Assembly (NCBI GenBank): GCA_036172245.1
Contig: JAYWIR010000009.1
Span: 372,001 to 436,000, forward strand
Reading direction: 5' to 3'
From: Raillietiella orientalis
Lineage: Eukaryota
DNA: 64,000 nt
Below, piece by piece: positions 47,601 through 61,239 of this stretch. The notes under the pieces were generated by a model. It did not search any database. It saw only the letters and a program-made list of their open reading frames with translations, and was not told the DNA's origin. Each line of letters opens with the position of its first letter. The stretch's first letter is position 1. A program made the translations under genes and the position numbers.

Positions 47601-49600
47601 GGGAGTCCCTCCCCCACCTACTTGTGGATTGTGTTGCCCTCCGGCCCCTTTGGTCCCGCTTTGCCGCGGCCATCGGAATCCCCTGCGGCAACCCCAGGGA
47701 CTCTCTAAAAGCCCTCTTCGTTGCCGACGCCCTTCGGCCAGCAGCCTCATTAGCAGCTCTGTGCTGCCTACGCGGGATCGTTGCCGCTTGGAGCAAGGCT
47801 ACGGGGGGACCTCGCGATAAGGGTGCCATCCAGCACGCCTCCGAATTTTTGAGGAGGGCTTCGAGATGGTCCCACCTCGATCCTGGAATGCAGAAAGAGC
47901 TTGCCGGCATCCTGCGAAGGATGCAGCGGCCCCAGCAGCAATTGTGATCCCTTCCCGTACCCTCCCACTTTTTTTTTTCTTTTTGTTTAGTTTTTTTTGT
48001 TTATCCCCCTTCCCCCTGCTGCCGTGGTGGACCGTACCGGTCTGCGAACCGGTGACCCGGCAGGCTCTGTGTTTCCTCGTGCGTGGCTGGAGCACTGGTC
48101 CAGTCACAGCACGTCTCTGTTGAAGTTTATTTCTTAATAAATGCCCCGGCGAAACCCGGGTGAAAATCGAGAGCGACGAGTCTTCGAGTCTGGGTGGCAT
48201 CTTGAATGGACCACTTGTATTGGTTCGCTGGAGGCCACCCGACTCGCGTTCTTTTGCTTCGCTTCATTGGTTGAATGGAAGTCCAGAAATTAGAGGTCAT
48301 TGGACTGATCTAAGAGAAAGCAGTCCGCTACCTATTCGTCTGAGAAACCCACTTTCGTTAGACGTAATTGGACTCTTAATTGTAATTAGGTTTTCATCTA
48401 TAGACTCGAGAATTTCCAGTAATAGAATTGGTGTCTCGTGTAGATGGTTTTTTCGGTGTTTTGAAGTGCCATGGATTCTTTTGTCGGTTCATTCAGACTG
48501 AAGGACATCCCAACGGGAAACCTTTCAGGTACGCGAGTTCGACGCCAGCAGAAGTTGAGCACGAAGCACGCAATTTGTTGCATGGAAGCCCAATCAAAGG
48601 ACTTCTTTGGAACTGTTTAAAAATCGGAATGTACATTGAAGGAGCAATGCAACTCGCATCCAAAATTTGGAAAAGCCTATTGGATAAAAAAAAGAAAAAA
48701 ATTATTAGGCTTGTGAAAAGAATACATGCACAAAAGAAGTTGATGTCACCACCACTGGAGGAACAGGATGTTTGTAAACACGGGACTTACGCACAGCCAC
48801 TGATGGTATCTTCCAACAGGTGCGTCAGTCTCCACAAAAGAGGAGCCTGAATTAATATAACAAAACGTACCGTGAGAGCACCTCAGCCTGTTAAGAATTG
48901 CTAAAACGATGGGTTCCTGATGCAACATTCTATAACCTCTACTAAGGATGATTTTCATTGCTGAATAGTCAAAAGATGCTTTTTATTATGCGACTGACTC
49001 ATCACTTTAATGGCTGGCCACCTCTTCCAGCCAGCCTCCAGATTTCATACATCACTCTCTCTATTTATAGGTCTCTCCGGTCTCTGTTTATAGGATTGTG
49101 CATCACTCTTAGAATGAAGGTGATGAACAATCCTATGAATATTCTCAGTGCACTCTCAATGATGGAATCCTTTTGGATTCCTCTGCTATCGCTGCTTCCC
49201 TTGCAGTTGTCTTGTTTCCGGGTTTTCCTTTTTTTGGTTCTCTAAGTGCTGAAGAACTGTTCGCCTCCTCGGAAGGGGATCTCTTTGACTCTATCCACGC
49301 CATCCAAGGGTGCATGTAACTCTTCAAGTTACGGGGTACCTGGGGAGGGACCACGCTATGAATCCAGAAAAAGCTCCTTATTCCTGGTTGTCTCCAAACC
49401 CGTTAATTCAAAGGAGATCTTCACCGTATCTGGTACTAGCAGACCTTCTCTTGGAAATCAAGCTGAAGCATGGAAACTCTGTAATCTAGGCTGATGGAAA
49501 AGTATCTCCTGGAAAAGCATAGAGTGCCCTAAATCCTGGAAATGCAGCTTGTAAATCCAGGTAGGAAGACGCTTTCTTGAAGACTGATGACTTTGTAGCC
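44700..49600 (-). mobile_element. Degenerate Ty3/Gypsy pol relic, interrupted by the young LINE at 46973-48166
   Basis: RT-like SEPIQVV...SRLRL runs across the TSD junction, then YNSQGEH (FNTP.GRY). RNaseH *DYKP (TDHKP) and integrase WIP...TSHIELGMVK follow. Confidence 0.4.
46973..48166 (+). mobile_element. Young 5'-truncated L1/Tx1-like LINE with an open ORF2 C-terminus and a 16-bp TSD
   Basis: The direct repeat tcgagagcgacgagtc lies at 46957-46972 and 48167-48182. The frame is open to 47947 and includes CVRCGEWESLPHLLVDC. A T-rich 3'UTR ends in aataaatgccccggcgaaacccgggtgaaaa. Confidence 0.92.
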
Positions 49601-51449
49601 CGCATCCTGACATCAAGTCGAGGATGGCCATGAATCATCTCTATTTATTATGATGAATTCTGCAGCTCGCCTCACACCAACGTCGAAGAGCAGCATCCCA
49701 AGATTGCTGCTCTCCAATTTATTCTTACAATTCTTGAAATCCGCAGACTTCTCCAGAATTTCCAGTTGCAATCTCTCCTTGTTTTTTTTTTTTTTTTTTT
49801 GGCTCTTCAGATTCCCTTTGCTACCCATCGTCTCAATCGGTTTCCTATCTCTTTAAATAATGCATCAGAAAAACTTCGCATCTGTTTGCATCCTCCCAGG
49901 GAATCGATTAGAGCCGCGTTTCTTCTCAGCAGCCTCTTCGGACCATTACGATAGAGCCGCATCGAAAGTTTCTTATTCTTGTGGCACTTTGCTAGCAGGT
50001 GCAGGAGGAATCTGTCGGCATGCACGCACACAGAGGCAGGGTGGGTAGGCACTGGAGAAAACCTACTGGTACCATCTTTCCTGAATTCGGAAGAGTCAGA
50101 AGATCATTGTCTTCACGAATTTTCGGAAGCTGCCTACCTGGAAGAGCCGCTACCACTTGGCTTTCTCTTCCTAGAAATCAAACGCCCGTTGATCCATCCA
50201 TCGAACACCTCTGTCTGCCTCAGCAGGGTGGAAGCTCGTCGAAGGGTTTTTTCCCTTAGGCGTTCCTTCAAGGAGGGGCAGGCATCCATGCTGGCAACCT
50301 GATCGCTCGTCAACGGAAGGGGTCCAGGACCGCGGATCTCTCTCTATTTTCCATCTGCCGGTGGCAGCCGCCTTCGTGAGTGAGTATCTGGACCAGTGCA
50401 TCGGGAACTATCAGCTTACCGACGATAGTGCCGCAGGCAGCGTTTGCAGGTGTGCAGCAAGGTCTCCTACACTCCCACTCCAGTCTTCAGGTAAGAGGCT
50501 ACGGTGTGTCTATGGCAAGACTCCTACTTATGGTGGCATCTTGTAGACTGTTTTGGGGTATCCATGGATTTCGAGGACCGCTGGCTTCCCTATGGCACGC
50601 ATTTGAATTCGGCAAATCTTGATCTTCCGGTTTGAAGCTTTGGAAATGGAAAAAGAAAAAAAGAAAATCAGGGGAGTGACAAAGAGATTTACTCTGAGAT
50701 GGATATCCACCTAGGGCATCATGTCGTGTCTTGTCGTTGATGGAATTGTAAACTGCAAAGAACTGGAGTGCGTTCGCGCTAAACCGCTTAAAGAAGTTTG
50801 GGATGTTCTTGAAATTCATGTAAAGTCCATGCGACTGCCAAAGAGACACAATGTGTACTTCCTGGGATGTGATAATGTGAATGGTCATCCGTTCAAGTCA
50901 CAGGGTACTGCCATAGCGCCATTTACCTACCTAAAACGAAAACAAACAAACAAACGAAACAAACCAAGAGGAGGAAGGAGGAAATCAATTTTCGCTTTCA
51001 CTCTACCTAGAAATATCGCGCTCATAGCCATTGTCCCTCTAGAAGTTCGCTCTTCCAGCTCCCGCCCTCAGTGATCGGTAAGCTTTCACGAAAAAGGAAG
51101 ACTGAGCACCTTCAGCCAGCGGATGATCCAGCTCAAGCAGGCACGGCCTTGTCTCATCTCATAGCACCCTGACCACGGGAGGGACACGCCCAGTGCTTGA
51201 TAGAATCACGCGCCGACTCATTTCACGCTCGATACCGGAAGCGTCTGGGTTCGGTTCGGGAATTGGCATCTATCGGACGACTGGTTTTCCGACAAGGGAG
51301 TCACTGATTCGTCTGCTCGGTGCTGCTTAATCTGCTGTCCGTGTACGTAGTGCTCACAGCCTGCCGCATGCTCAGGAGACGTGTGATCCAGGAGGAATCT
51401 GCGAACCGCATCCAACTGGATGGTCATCGAGAAGCATGACGAGCTGCCG

Positions 51450-52750
51450 GAGAGAACTCCGGATGAAGAGGGCTGCTTGCGGAGACTGCGAGTTCCAGAG
51501 CAGTAGAAGAGTCGTCATAGTGGCTCTAGGGAGCCCCGGGATACGTGAAGAAAGCAACTATCGACGAGTGACTCCCCATTTTTCTGTAGAAGGCGTTCCT
51601 GCATCAGTAAGAGCGAGCGCCATTTCCCGCCAAAGTAAAGGGAAAACTCAAGACGCCTAAGAGACGAATGGAGCTCACGAGGAGAGAAATGGCACGCTCA
51701 AACATATCCTCACGAAGAATACTGGAGGCGCACTATGGATCATAGGCCAGGATAAAGATGCTCTCAAAAAAAAAACAGCCTCTCCAGTAGGAGGTCAGGT
51801 GAATTGCTTAGGATTTGAAGTACTTTGTTAGATCTAAGCAAGTAGCACCACGGCTTCATCATTGGTATAGAAAAGAGATCCTTGAATGTGCGCGTTTAAG
51901 ACACAAACGTGCCATTCGAATAAAGGATTGGCCAACGGGAGCTTCCTCGAGTCCCGTGTTCTGGAAATAAAATTCATCCTGCCGTCCCACTGCTGAAAGC
52001 TGAAGAGTCAGTTACTGCAGTTCGATATCTCGAGATGGATGAGTGACGGATTCCTCCAGCAGCTGCTCGAAGAAAAATAGGCCGAAACCTTGTTCAAGTA
52101 GTGAGAGTCTGGAGAGATCGATATCGATAGGCAGTTCGTACGCATTAGACAGTTTTCCTTCTGACACGAACGGATGCTCTTTTCACCTAAGATACTGACA
52201 TGTTTCCTCGGGTCATCTCGTTGCCAGCGCTCTTCGCCTCCGAGACTTGACTTTTTGCAAGCAGAGGGCTGAGGAAGACACTTCTGACTTTACCAAGGAA
52301 GCAGTGAAGAGGACATGAACTGTCATTTCTTGCTCTTGTTGCTTGTGCTATTTGAGTAGAAGAGACCTACTTCTCTTCATTTCAGATCGCTCAGCAGCAT
52401 TGACGGCAAAGCAAAACCGAAGACGCTGCCGATTGCTGCATGAACAGTGAGATCTTCTTTGGTGAAGAAAGGTTAAGGATAGTTTGTGGAGGAAGAACAG
52501 GAAAAAAGGTGTCTTTATTGTGGAGACAAAGGAAAGACAAGAGTTGGTCGGTCATTGTCATTTGCCAGGGATCCTCTGAGTTCTTTCGAGAATGTTCTTC
52601 CTTTGCATCCGCCAGATGGCATCACCTCGTCTCTCTTTTAGAGACGAAGGTCGTCATAGGGAAGGCATTCCCTTTGTATGGAGCTCTTGCATGTGTGCCT
52701 CATGCCGCGGAGGTAGGACAGAATAGAAAGGTGCGCAGTTAACGGCTCTG
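51450..52750 (+). mobile_element. Degenerate LINE RT relic (RTE-like?)
   Basis: ESNYRRV (NYR.I), tactttgttagatctaagcaag (F.DL.KA-like) and a G..G..SPVF-like region. Confidence 0.3.
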
Positions 52751-54167
52751 AGCTGAGCACCAAGGCGCTCTGCGCAGGGGGTAGGAAAACTGTTGCGAGG
52801 CGCCCTCACACGTGTTGAAGGGCGATAAAGTCGTCTGGCGCGTGCAGGGAGGACCGAAGCTGTCTCCGCATTTGCCCCGGTAGGTGGTCACAGTCGCCCC
52901 GGCCCACTGTTGCCGCCTGCGTGCGTTGCACGAAAAACTTCAATACGGCGGCAGAATCTCTGGGCGTTGCCACTTCAGCGGGAGTTTGCAGCCTCTCGCC
53001 AACTTGGATTGGATCTTCGCGGGGCATTTCAAGGAGAATGGGATTCTAGTTGATCGTCGCCGTCGGCGAGTTGTCGCTCCTGGCAACCAGCAAGGTTGCT
53101 ACGCGATTTTACAGGACACTGTCCCCCACTCTTCCCGCAGGCCACAGTCGTTACCCTCCCGTGCGGAGAGTTGTGTTCGAATGTATCGCGAGCAGCATCC
53201 CAAAGGATGAGCGTTACGATGCAATCGGCACTGCTGGAGGAAAGTTTGATCACCTCTCCATTTTACACGTTGCCTTCGACCTTGAGCATCATTCTCATTA
53301 TCAGCAAATGATGAACGCAGTCCAGGTTGAAGATAGGGAGTGCATAGCGGAGTAGCAGTGACCAGAAACTCCTCCAGAGTCTTCCCTCATCTTCCTTTCC
53401 TTTCCAAGGAAGCTCCGGATACGCTTGCGATGGATGCCCTCGCCAGGCTTCTCAGGAAGGATTTTCGGTAGAGCAGGAGGATGCCAAACTATGGCACCTT
53501 GTGTTCACTGGGTGGACTTGGGCAAGGATTTGTCCCGCTGCCGGGTACATCGAAGACGCATCGAAATCTCTTTGGTACCGAAGACCAATCTGAGACTGCA
53601 TTCCATATCTAATTTCTAAATTAGCTTTTCCAACTGCAACTGTGACGCAACGCTGGTGGACTCAGTGAGGTCTCGGAATTTCTTGTCGCTCTCCAGATTC
53701 GAAATCGATGGCACTCCGAGTTCGTCTTCACCTGAGATTGCCGGCGAAATTTTTCGCGTGTGACCTCGGAGGTCAGCGAGCACCTAACTCTTGTTGATCG
53801 TGGTTGACAACTAGCTTTATGTGCACGCGAGTGGCTGTGCCAAGAGGAAGAGTTCGAAAGCTTTTCTTGCAGCAGTTCTTGTGCGCAGCCACGGATCGAT
53901 TAACGTGGAAATCACGGGCAAAACTTGAATGCGGAAGGCTATGCCCATGGGTGGAGTTAGGAACCAACGTCATGAGCAAGCGGCATCGGGACTCAGATTC
54001 TGGGAAGGCAGAAGGAGCTTGCTCGCCCACCTTTTAAAGACAAGCAGATAAGAATTTCTTTCTTGATGCCAAACTCTAATTTATGAAATATAGGATTCGT
54101 CCTGCTCCCATAGATGCAAAGACAAACTTCTCAAGAGTTCAAGAGATCAGAAAAAAAGGAATCGTCC

Positions 54168-54610
54168 GCGTTGGCAGCCGTGTGGCTGCGGTCTCCGCGC
54201 GCGTGGTGCCAAGCGTTGCGGAATCGAATCCCCACTCCTAGAGTGAGTGCGTCGTGGGTCTCAATTCCCCTCCGCAGGATGACTCTGGCTGGTCCACGGA
54301 CTTCGGGTGTGGCATCAGTGGAAGTGGGAAACCGGATGCCCCGTTGGCTGGACGAGATTGGAAGTTGACCTCCGTGGAGTCGAGTCGAGGAGTCGAGGAT
54401 TCAGTTCCCCCCAGAAATTTCCTTCAAAGACAACCAGGGCGAGGATTCCAGGAACGGACTCTTTTCCCCGAAGCCTGCCCGGGTCCATGGAGTGGCTTCT
54501 TCCTAACTTGAAGAGTTAACACGCCCCCTTGGGTAGCCTGGAGTAGTGTTAAAAGAGCTTCGTGAACCCCTAGGCGAACGGTTCTTAGCGAACAAAAAAA
54601 AGAAAAGGAA
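54168..54610 (+). mobile_element. tRNA-headed SINE with internal deletion
   Basis: The head is gcgttggcagccgtgtggctgcggtctccgcgcgcgtggtgccaagcgttgcggaatcgaatcccc. The minisatellite is largely missing but the 3' region is present. Confidence 0.85.
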
Positions 54611-55809
54611 TCAAGGGCTGCTCTTTCAACAAAGCTGTCCAATCTTTTCTTGGTAAGTCCGAGAACAGAGCCGGGTTTCATGATGCAGATCTGTGCAGAC
54701 GAAAGATGTGAGCGTGAAGATAAAAGATGTGTGCAGAAGAAAACACACGTGTTTCAAGCAACTCTTGTAAACAGAGAATAAAGTGCTGATTGTACATCAG
54801 CGTGGGAAGGCTTGAACCATTCACTGCGACTTGCATGATGCTCAACCGCACTGGCATCCACCATCACTCGAAAACATGAAGCATGGACGTCCTACATCAA
54901 CGATGACCAGCAAAATTTCAGGATCCCTGTGCTCCTGACGTCATGATGAACACAAGCACATCGTGGTGAAGGTAATGTGTGACTGTTGATCACCCGGTTC
55001 ATTGGTGACGGAGGTCTTTCCTTCCATCCATGACTGGGCTTCGAGTGAGCAACTGAAGTCTAGAGCTACTGAAACGAGAGTCCCCGAAAGGGACCCAAGG
55101 AAAATGCGAGCGAGCGCCGGTGCAAACTCACAGGGGGAAAGATTGTTTCGGGAACAGTCTTCAGGGCGAGCGCTATTGAAAATTTAGTCCAATCGGAAAG
55201 ACTTTGGCCTTGGACAGGAAGCCTGAACAGGTGTTTCCATATCTTCGATCCGACCAGCTGAAGTACACCTTGGTACGAGGGACGGCAAAATGAAGTGGAA
55301 TGGGCTCAAGACTTGTGAGCCCATAGCCCCCAAGAGTGATAGGAAAACTGGTTTTCAAAATCTGAGCACGAAGATCCACTTGGAAAACGCAGATGAAATC
55401 ATGAAGATAGTGCGGCAGTGTGCATCTGCTGTTTGAGTTTTGCTGCTCCATGATATTCACAAGAAGTTCCCAAGCAAAGCAGAAGAAGCACCAGTGATCA
55501 TTCGGTACTAAACACGGGCTACTTCAGATATCCCGTTAACATCCCAGGGTGGTTTCTAACTCAAGGGACACGGCAGTGAAAAGAGATGGATATTTCCATT
55601 GACAACCCGGCAATTCCATTGAGCAGTTCTGACGTATCGCAGTATCCGGGCATTTCTTCCCGAGATTGCATGCCTGCTCTGCATTCCATTCCAGTTGAAA
55701 CTTATGGGATTTGGCAAGTTACTTTGCAATTCGAAGAGTTTCGATCTCTCTCATTCTAGAAAGCAGTTTATTGGCAATGCGATGTGTTGGCATCGTTTTG
55801 TTTGCGCGA

Positions 55810-56370
55810 TGGGAATCCTCTTGGGTTGTTTTCGCTGCTTTCTTAGCATCCTTTTTTTCTTTTGCTCTCCCTTCTTATTGGTTCGTCCAGTGCTAAAGAA
55901 CCGTTTGCCTCCTTACAGGGTCACTCATAAAGCTCTCTGACACTGTCCAGGCCAGCCGAGGGTTCGTGTAACCCTTAGTCACCAGGTAACCCTGGAAGGA
56001 CCACCTTATGAATCCAGGAAGACTATGGAGGAAGGAGTCCGTTCCTCTTAAGCTGGGTAAGGAACCTAGAAGGAACCTCTTCCTTATTCTCTTCGGAGGG
56101 ATCCCCCGGTTTGTGAGGCCGCTCTTCATTTCTTCTCCAGGGGGAATCCAGAAAGGATCCTCTCCGTGTTTTCACTCCTCTGAAGAGAACCCCGAAGGAA
56201 CCCCAACGGCCGCTTCCAAATTCTTTCTGAGAGATCGCTCCTGGCAGGGAGCAGCGCGCTCCGCGCTCTGGAGAGGTGTCAGTCCACCAGCTCCACGGTA
56301 CGAGATGGACGATTCCAATTGCGCAACCAAAGGTCGACTGTCAATCCCAGCCGCGTGGTCAGTCGTGTGA
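55810..56370 (-). mobile_element. SINE, 5'-truncated (body and tail)
   Basis: ccaccttatgaatccaggaag, the minisatellite units and ccagctccacggtacgagatggac match other copies. Confidence 0.8.
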
Positions 56371-56419
56371 CTCCGATTTCCTCGAGTAATAGAGTATTTG
56401 AAGGAACATTCTTATGAGG

Positions 56420-59100
56420 TTCTATTGTAAAGATTCATTCCCGTGCCATCTCGCGCATTGCGAATGACCTTCCTGGAGCCACGTTCTGTGCCGTCTCCAC
56501 CGGGATCGCCCACCCACCTGCCGTCAGCGAGGAGAGACGAAACCCCTGGGGAATGGTTCAATCCGTCCTCCCCCCTGAGGAGAAGGAAGGAAAGCCGTCT
56601 GTAAAGGGGTATCTTCCAAGTAGGGATAACGAGCACCCTTCCAGGAGCTCTCCCCAGGTGCAGAAGCAGGAGTCTTGCACGCGATGAGTAGGCTCTTCCA
56701 GAGCCTGGTAGTTGGACTTCCGCGCACTCTCGGAGAATCGCATCCTTCATCACTCTGCAGAAGCACTTCATCTTCGTCCCCTCGTTCTAGAAATTTAGCT
56801 CCATGAAAAAATCTCTGTCTGCAGGATTCATGCTTTTAGACTCCAGGTTAGTCCTTTAGGGAACACTGCAAATGAGATTCGGATTCGAATAGCATTTGCA
56901 GATGAGGACAACACATGCTATCGGCAGCCTCGAAGAAACACACGAAAGTTGTTTCACAGGAGGCAGTATGCAGAATTCCACAGTGTGTTCGCAGATTTTT
57001 GCATTCTCCAAGATAGAAATGAGAAGAGAAAGCATCCTTCAAGATGACGGGAATGTTTTTTGCTTCCCTGACAAGGCATGCATTTGCATTTTGATGCAGT
57101 GGAAGAGTCAAGGAAGGACAAGGGTTTCATGTCGTGCTCTCGAGCTATTAGTTCATTACCGACGTATGCCCTGTCGTTATTCTCAGGATTGATGAGGACC
57201 CGTGTGTGGAAGCTTCGTAATGCATGATGTCCAAAAGAAGCTGATGAACAATGTTCCATTCACTTACGTTCCTGAAACGTCATATCCAGCAGTAATGGAA
57301 ACAGGAAGACGGACCAATCCAAGATTCCCATATTATGGACAGCATTTCACGTGATCGTGTCATTCACTTCCAGCCAGTAGCTGATGTTTCTGCACTTCCT
57401 TCCTGCTCTTCCGTTGAGTCTTCAGACCTTACGAATCGTTTATAGAGGGAATAATGCGACCACTGGAGTAATGTGCTGATTCCCTCTTTGACTGTGAAGC
57501 CTACAGAGAGAATCTCCGATTTCGCTTCCTTCCAGTAAAGTCACTTCAGTCACTTTCCACCCTCCACAAGGAGCTCACAAGTTTGCAACACTCCACGGCA
57601 GCCACTTGAATTAGTCTGCATGTAAGATGCTCGGCGTTCTCTCCCTGAACTCTGATCGTTCTCGAGGAATTCTCCTATGAAGTGTGGACGCACAAGAACT
57701 CAAATCTCTTTTCCAGCAGGATCGTTTTCTGAAGCTTTTGAAATCTCCCTTGGTAGCTTCCCGGACTAACAGCATCCTTGGTCACTTGGAGAAGACGAAA
57801 GCCCACGTGATGAGGACCACTGAAGCTGACCTCATATCTCAAGTGTTCAGGGACCCCACCAAGAACCCAGACTGCTCTCAAAGAACCAGAATAGTGACCT
57901 AAGAGTTCTTTTCTCTCTCTCGGTAAAGATGACTGCACCAATCGGAAAAACGCGACTTGTGGGAACGCATCACTTTTCGTTGTCTTTGACCTTCTGAAAT
58001 TAATGTCGCCGAGTCCCGGCTGCAGAGGGTGAAGTTTGGGCTTCATGAAAATCCACGGCAACGGATGGCTGGCGAAAAATTTGCGCCAACAGAATCAACA
58101 AGTAATTCAGCAGCGATCAAGAAGAATCAAAAGGAACTCTGGAAACCACTCTGAGACTTTAGCTCGGATCTGTATTCTCCAGATTGCAGCAGCACTTAAG
58201 AGTGGGCCTCCCAATATGCTATCGATTTCTTCCTCTGGAGGATACTTAAAGTATTGATGATCGAGAGCAGCTTGATGGTTTTCGGAAGTTGGTTCCGTTC
58301 CCTATGCGACCGCTTTACTGAAACCCCTCCTATTTATGCATCCTTTCCTGTCAAACGTGGTTTACCTATTCTGCCCTCTTCCACAATGTTGATTTGCTTG
58401 ATGCAGCTTTACTTTTCGCATCTCTTGGGCCCACCATGTTTCACCGAGGGAGAAAACCTTTATTTGTTTCGGACCGAGGCTTTCATCTTTATTGACACAT
58501 CATCTGTGTGCATTCAATATGGAGGGATGAATTTACTTCTCGCTAATCTAGTTTGCATTCTACATTTGTGATTTCTCCAGTGTTCCGTGGAATGCTTACC
58601 ATTCATGGTTTCTGGACTCTTACATTTCCCTAATCAGATCTGCTCGTGCCTTTCCTAGTGGTCGCAGCATTTTCCAGAATTCATCCCTAATTCCATGGGA
58701 AAAGCATGCCTATTTCTGTTTCTCCTTGTATCTTTGAAGTCTGGAATACCTAATGCAATTCGGGAAGAGTTTCGCGAACGCTCCAAAGGAAGATGGATGG
58801 AGGTCCAGGTGGATGAAAGCAGAACCGCGTAATTTATGCTGGATTATTAAATCAGAAAGGAAATGAAAATGCGATTCCTTATGATTCCCACTAGGAGACA
58901 CAGAATCACGAGGCAGAGGAGATGCAATCTCCTCGCATTCGCGATGAAGGGAGCACTGATTTTAGGAGCCAATTCTTTGTCCAGTTCGTCGCTGATGCAG
59001 TGTTTGCAGGCTCCAGCCCTCTGGTCCACCAGTGCGCTGCCTACTTCTCTCTCTGGAAGCATTATTCCTTGATGGGCTTCATTCTCAAACGTGACTTTTC
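56420..59100 (-). mobile_element. Degenerate L1-like ORF2 relic
   Basis: LHPLQPG (IH..Q.GF), a YR-like motif near 58170 and a decayed C-terminal Cys/His region. Weak. Confidence 0.3.
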
Positions 59101-60599
59101 CTTTTGAGGCAACGGGATAGGGAAGCTGGAATTAATTCTAGGAATGTCACTCTCATCCTTATTCCGGCAAAATACCCAAGCATAGATTTTCTTTTCCGGT
59201 GCCCACGCAGCTCAGAGCTCTCCCACCCATCCCGTACAACAAATTTCCTGCGCATGATGGCAACCACCGGAAGCGATGCGATTCCATAGAAAATGGCAAC
59301 TCCGCCAGAAATTCCACCCCGGGGAGTTTCGAAAGAAAGGGGAGAGGGGGGGGGGGAATGGCCGAAAAAAAAAAAAATTCCAGAATTTGAGGTCCGTGTT
59401 CCTTTTGTTTTTCTGTGTCCGACGCCATCTGATTTTATTTCCCATCAGTACCGTAGATACGCGCAATTCCGTGCCGCCGCGCCAGCACAGTCCGCAGCTC
59501 CCTCTTTAAGTAAGAAAGGGCTCGATAAGCGACCTGGCGACGAAGCTGAGGCTATTGGAAGAAAGTCGCCAGCAGTCACGTTTTCTGATGTCTGGGGATC
59601 ATGCAGAGAAGGAAGAGGATGCAACATCCCATTCGGAAAGTCACGACGGCAACCAGTCCCCGGAGGATAGAGCTTGTCGGTGAACGTAAAACATTATCGA
59701 ATACATTCCAGTCTTCTGCTTCCTCTCTTGTAAGAAAGAAGGGGAAGATATTCCTTCGCAAACAGCTCACATTTTCATCTGCTCTAATGAGGTAGTCCCG
59801 CAACTCTCCAGTGGCTTCCGCGCCAGCTTCAGCACGTGTACATATCCTTTCCTGGACTTCTGGTTCAGCGTCAACGGGCAACGCTCCACTGACTCTCGCA
59901 AGAATTCAACTGTAGAGGTGGCGCCGTAGGGAGCACTTTAGTGAAAGAATTGAGTGTGCACATATTGCAAATCTTGGATGACCTCAGGACTCACATAGTA
60001 CTTGCAGGTCATGGAATCAACCATGCCTTTTGCTGGTAGTCAAGATCCTCATATGAGGGTGAACATCTCCGGCAAAAGTTCAGCCTATCGCAGTTTGCTA
60101 CAGAGAATGGGGGGAAGAGACGACAAAGAAAAGGGAGTTCCAATAAAAATAAGCTGCAGGTGCAGCAACAGCACCTCCTCGGTGGTTGCCGGTCATCCAG
60201 CAGAAGCAGAGAATTGAATAAGTTGGAAAGATCAGTTTTGGTGAAGGAAGACTGAAAGGAAAGTCCGCAAGAAACAGTTCGGCATGGAACGCTGACGAAA
60301 TGCCATCATTCGAAAGAAGAAAACGGGAAAGATCCAGCCATGCGTGGATGAAGACGAAGCATTGCAAAGCCGCACACCAGCTCCCGCGATCAGTCACGCA
60401 ACTGGAAAGTTCTAGACTCCAAAGCAATGCAGAAACTGCTTCTCGAAGATCCAAGAGGTAGGGTAGCGTTCCAGAAATTCCCTGCATGCTCAGCAGACAT
60501 TGGCGAGAGACACACCAGGCCCATGGAGATCACGAAGAGCGAGATAGGTATGAGACTGGTTGCTGAGAAGGGAACCTAGAATGCTCACCATCTCGCTCG

Positions 60600-61233
60600 G
60601 AGGCGGTTCGTTCCTCTTACGCTTAGTGGAAAACCCCGAAGGCAACCCTAGCCCTGGTTGTCTCCGATGGGAACCCAGAAGGAAACCACTTCCTTATTCT
60701 CTCCGGAGGAGTCGGAACCCATTTCTTCTCTGAAGGGAACCCGGAAACGATCCGCTCTTAAATTTCTTCTCCGAAGAGCACCCACAAGGAAACCTCTCCT
60801 TGTTTTTTTTTTCTGAAGAGAACCCCGAAAGGACGCTCCAAATGTCTCTGGAGGGGATTCCCTGAAGGAGCGGAGCGCTTCTTAGACAATTTGGAGAGGC
60901 AAACCCCCCACAGGGTATAACCAGCTCCATGGTACGCAATGGAGAGTCCCCTTGAGGGCAAGATAGCTCCCTTTTCACAATCCGAGGGGAACCTTGAAGA
61001 GAACGGCCTCCTTGATTCCTGGAAGGACCACGGTCCAATCCCGGCCAGTCAATAAAGGTTGTCTGCGGCTCCCATCAGTGCCGCGTTCGGAGCCTATAGG
61101 CCAACCAACATTATCCTGCAGGGGGACTTGAAACCCATGATGCACCCATTCCTCGTCGTTCGATTGTACAGGTGGGGTTCGAACCCGAAACGCTTGGTAC
61201 CTGACTAGAGACCGCCGCAACGGCTGCCAGCGC
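60600..61233 (-). mobile_element. tRNA-headed SINE
   Basis: The rc head is gcgctggcagccgttgcggcggtctc...gtttcgggttcgaacccc. The minisatellite body spans 60630-60860. Confidence 0.85.
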
Positions 61234-61239
61234 GAGCCT

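Noticed and set aside
50050..55460. CRE-like retroelement fragments (GVQDRG..YLDQ near 50330; FPITLGGYGL near 55330)
   Set aside because: The motifs are too short and degenerate to support a call without a profile search.
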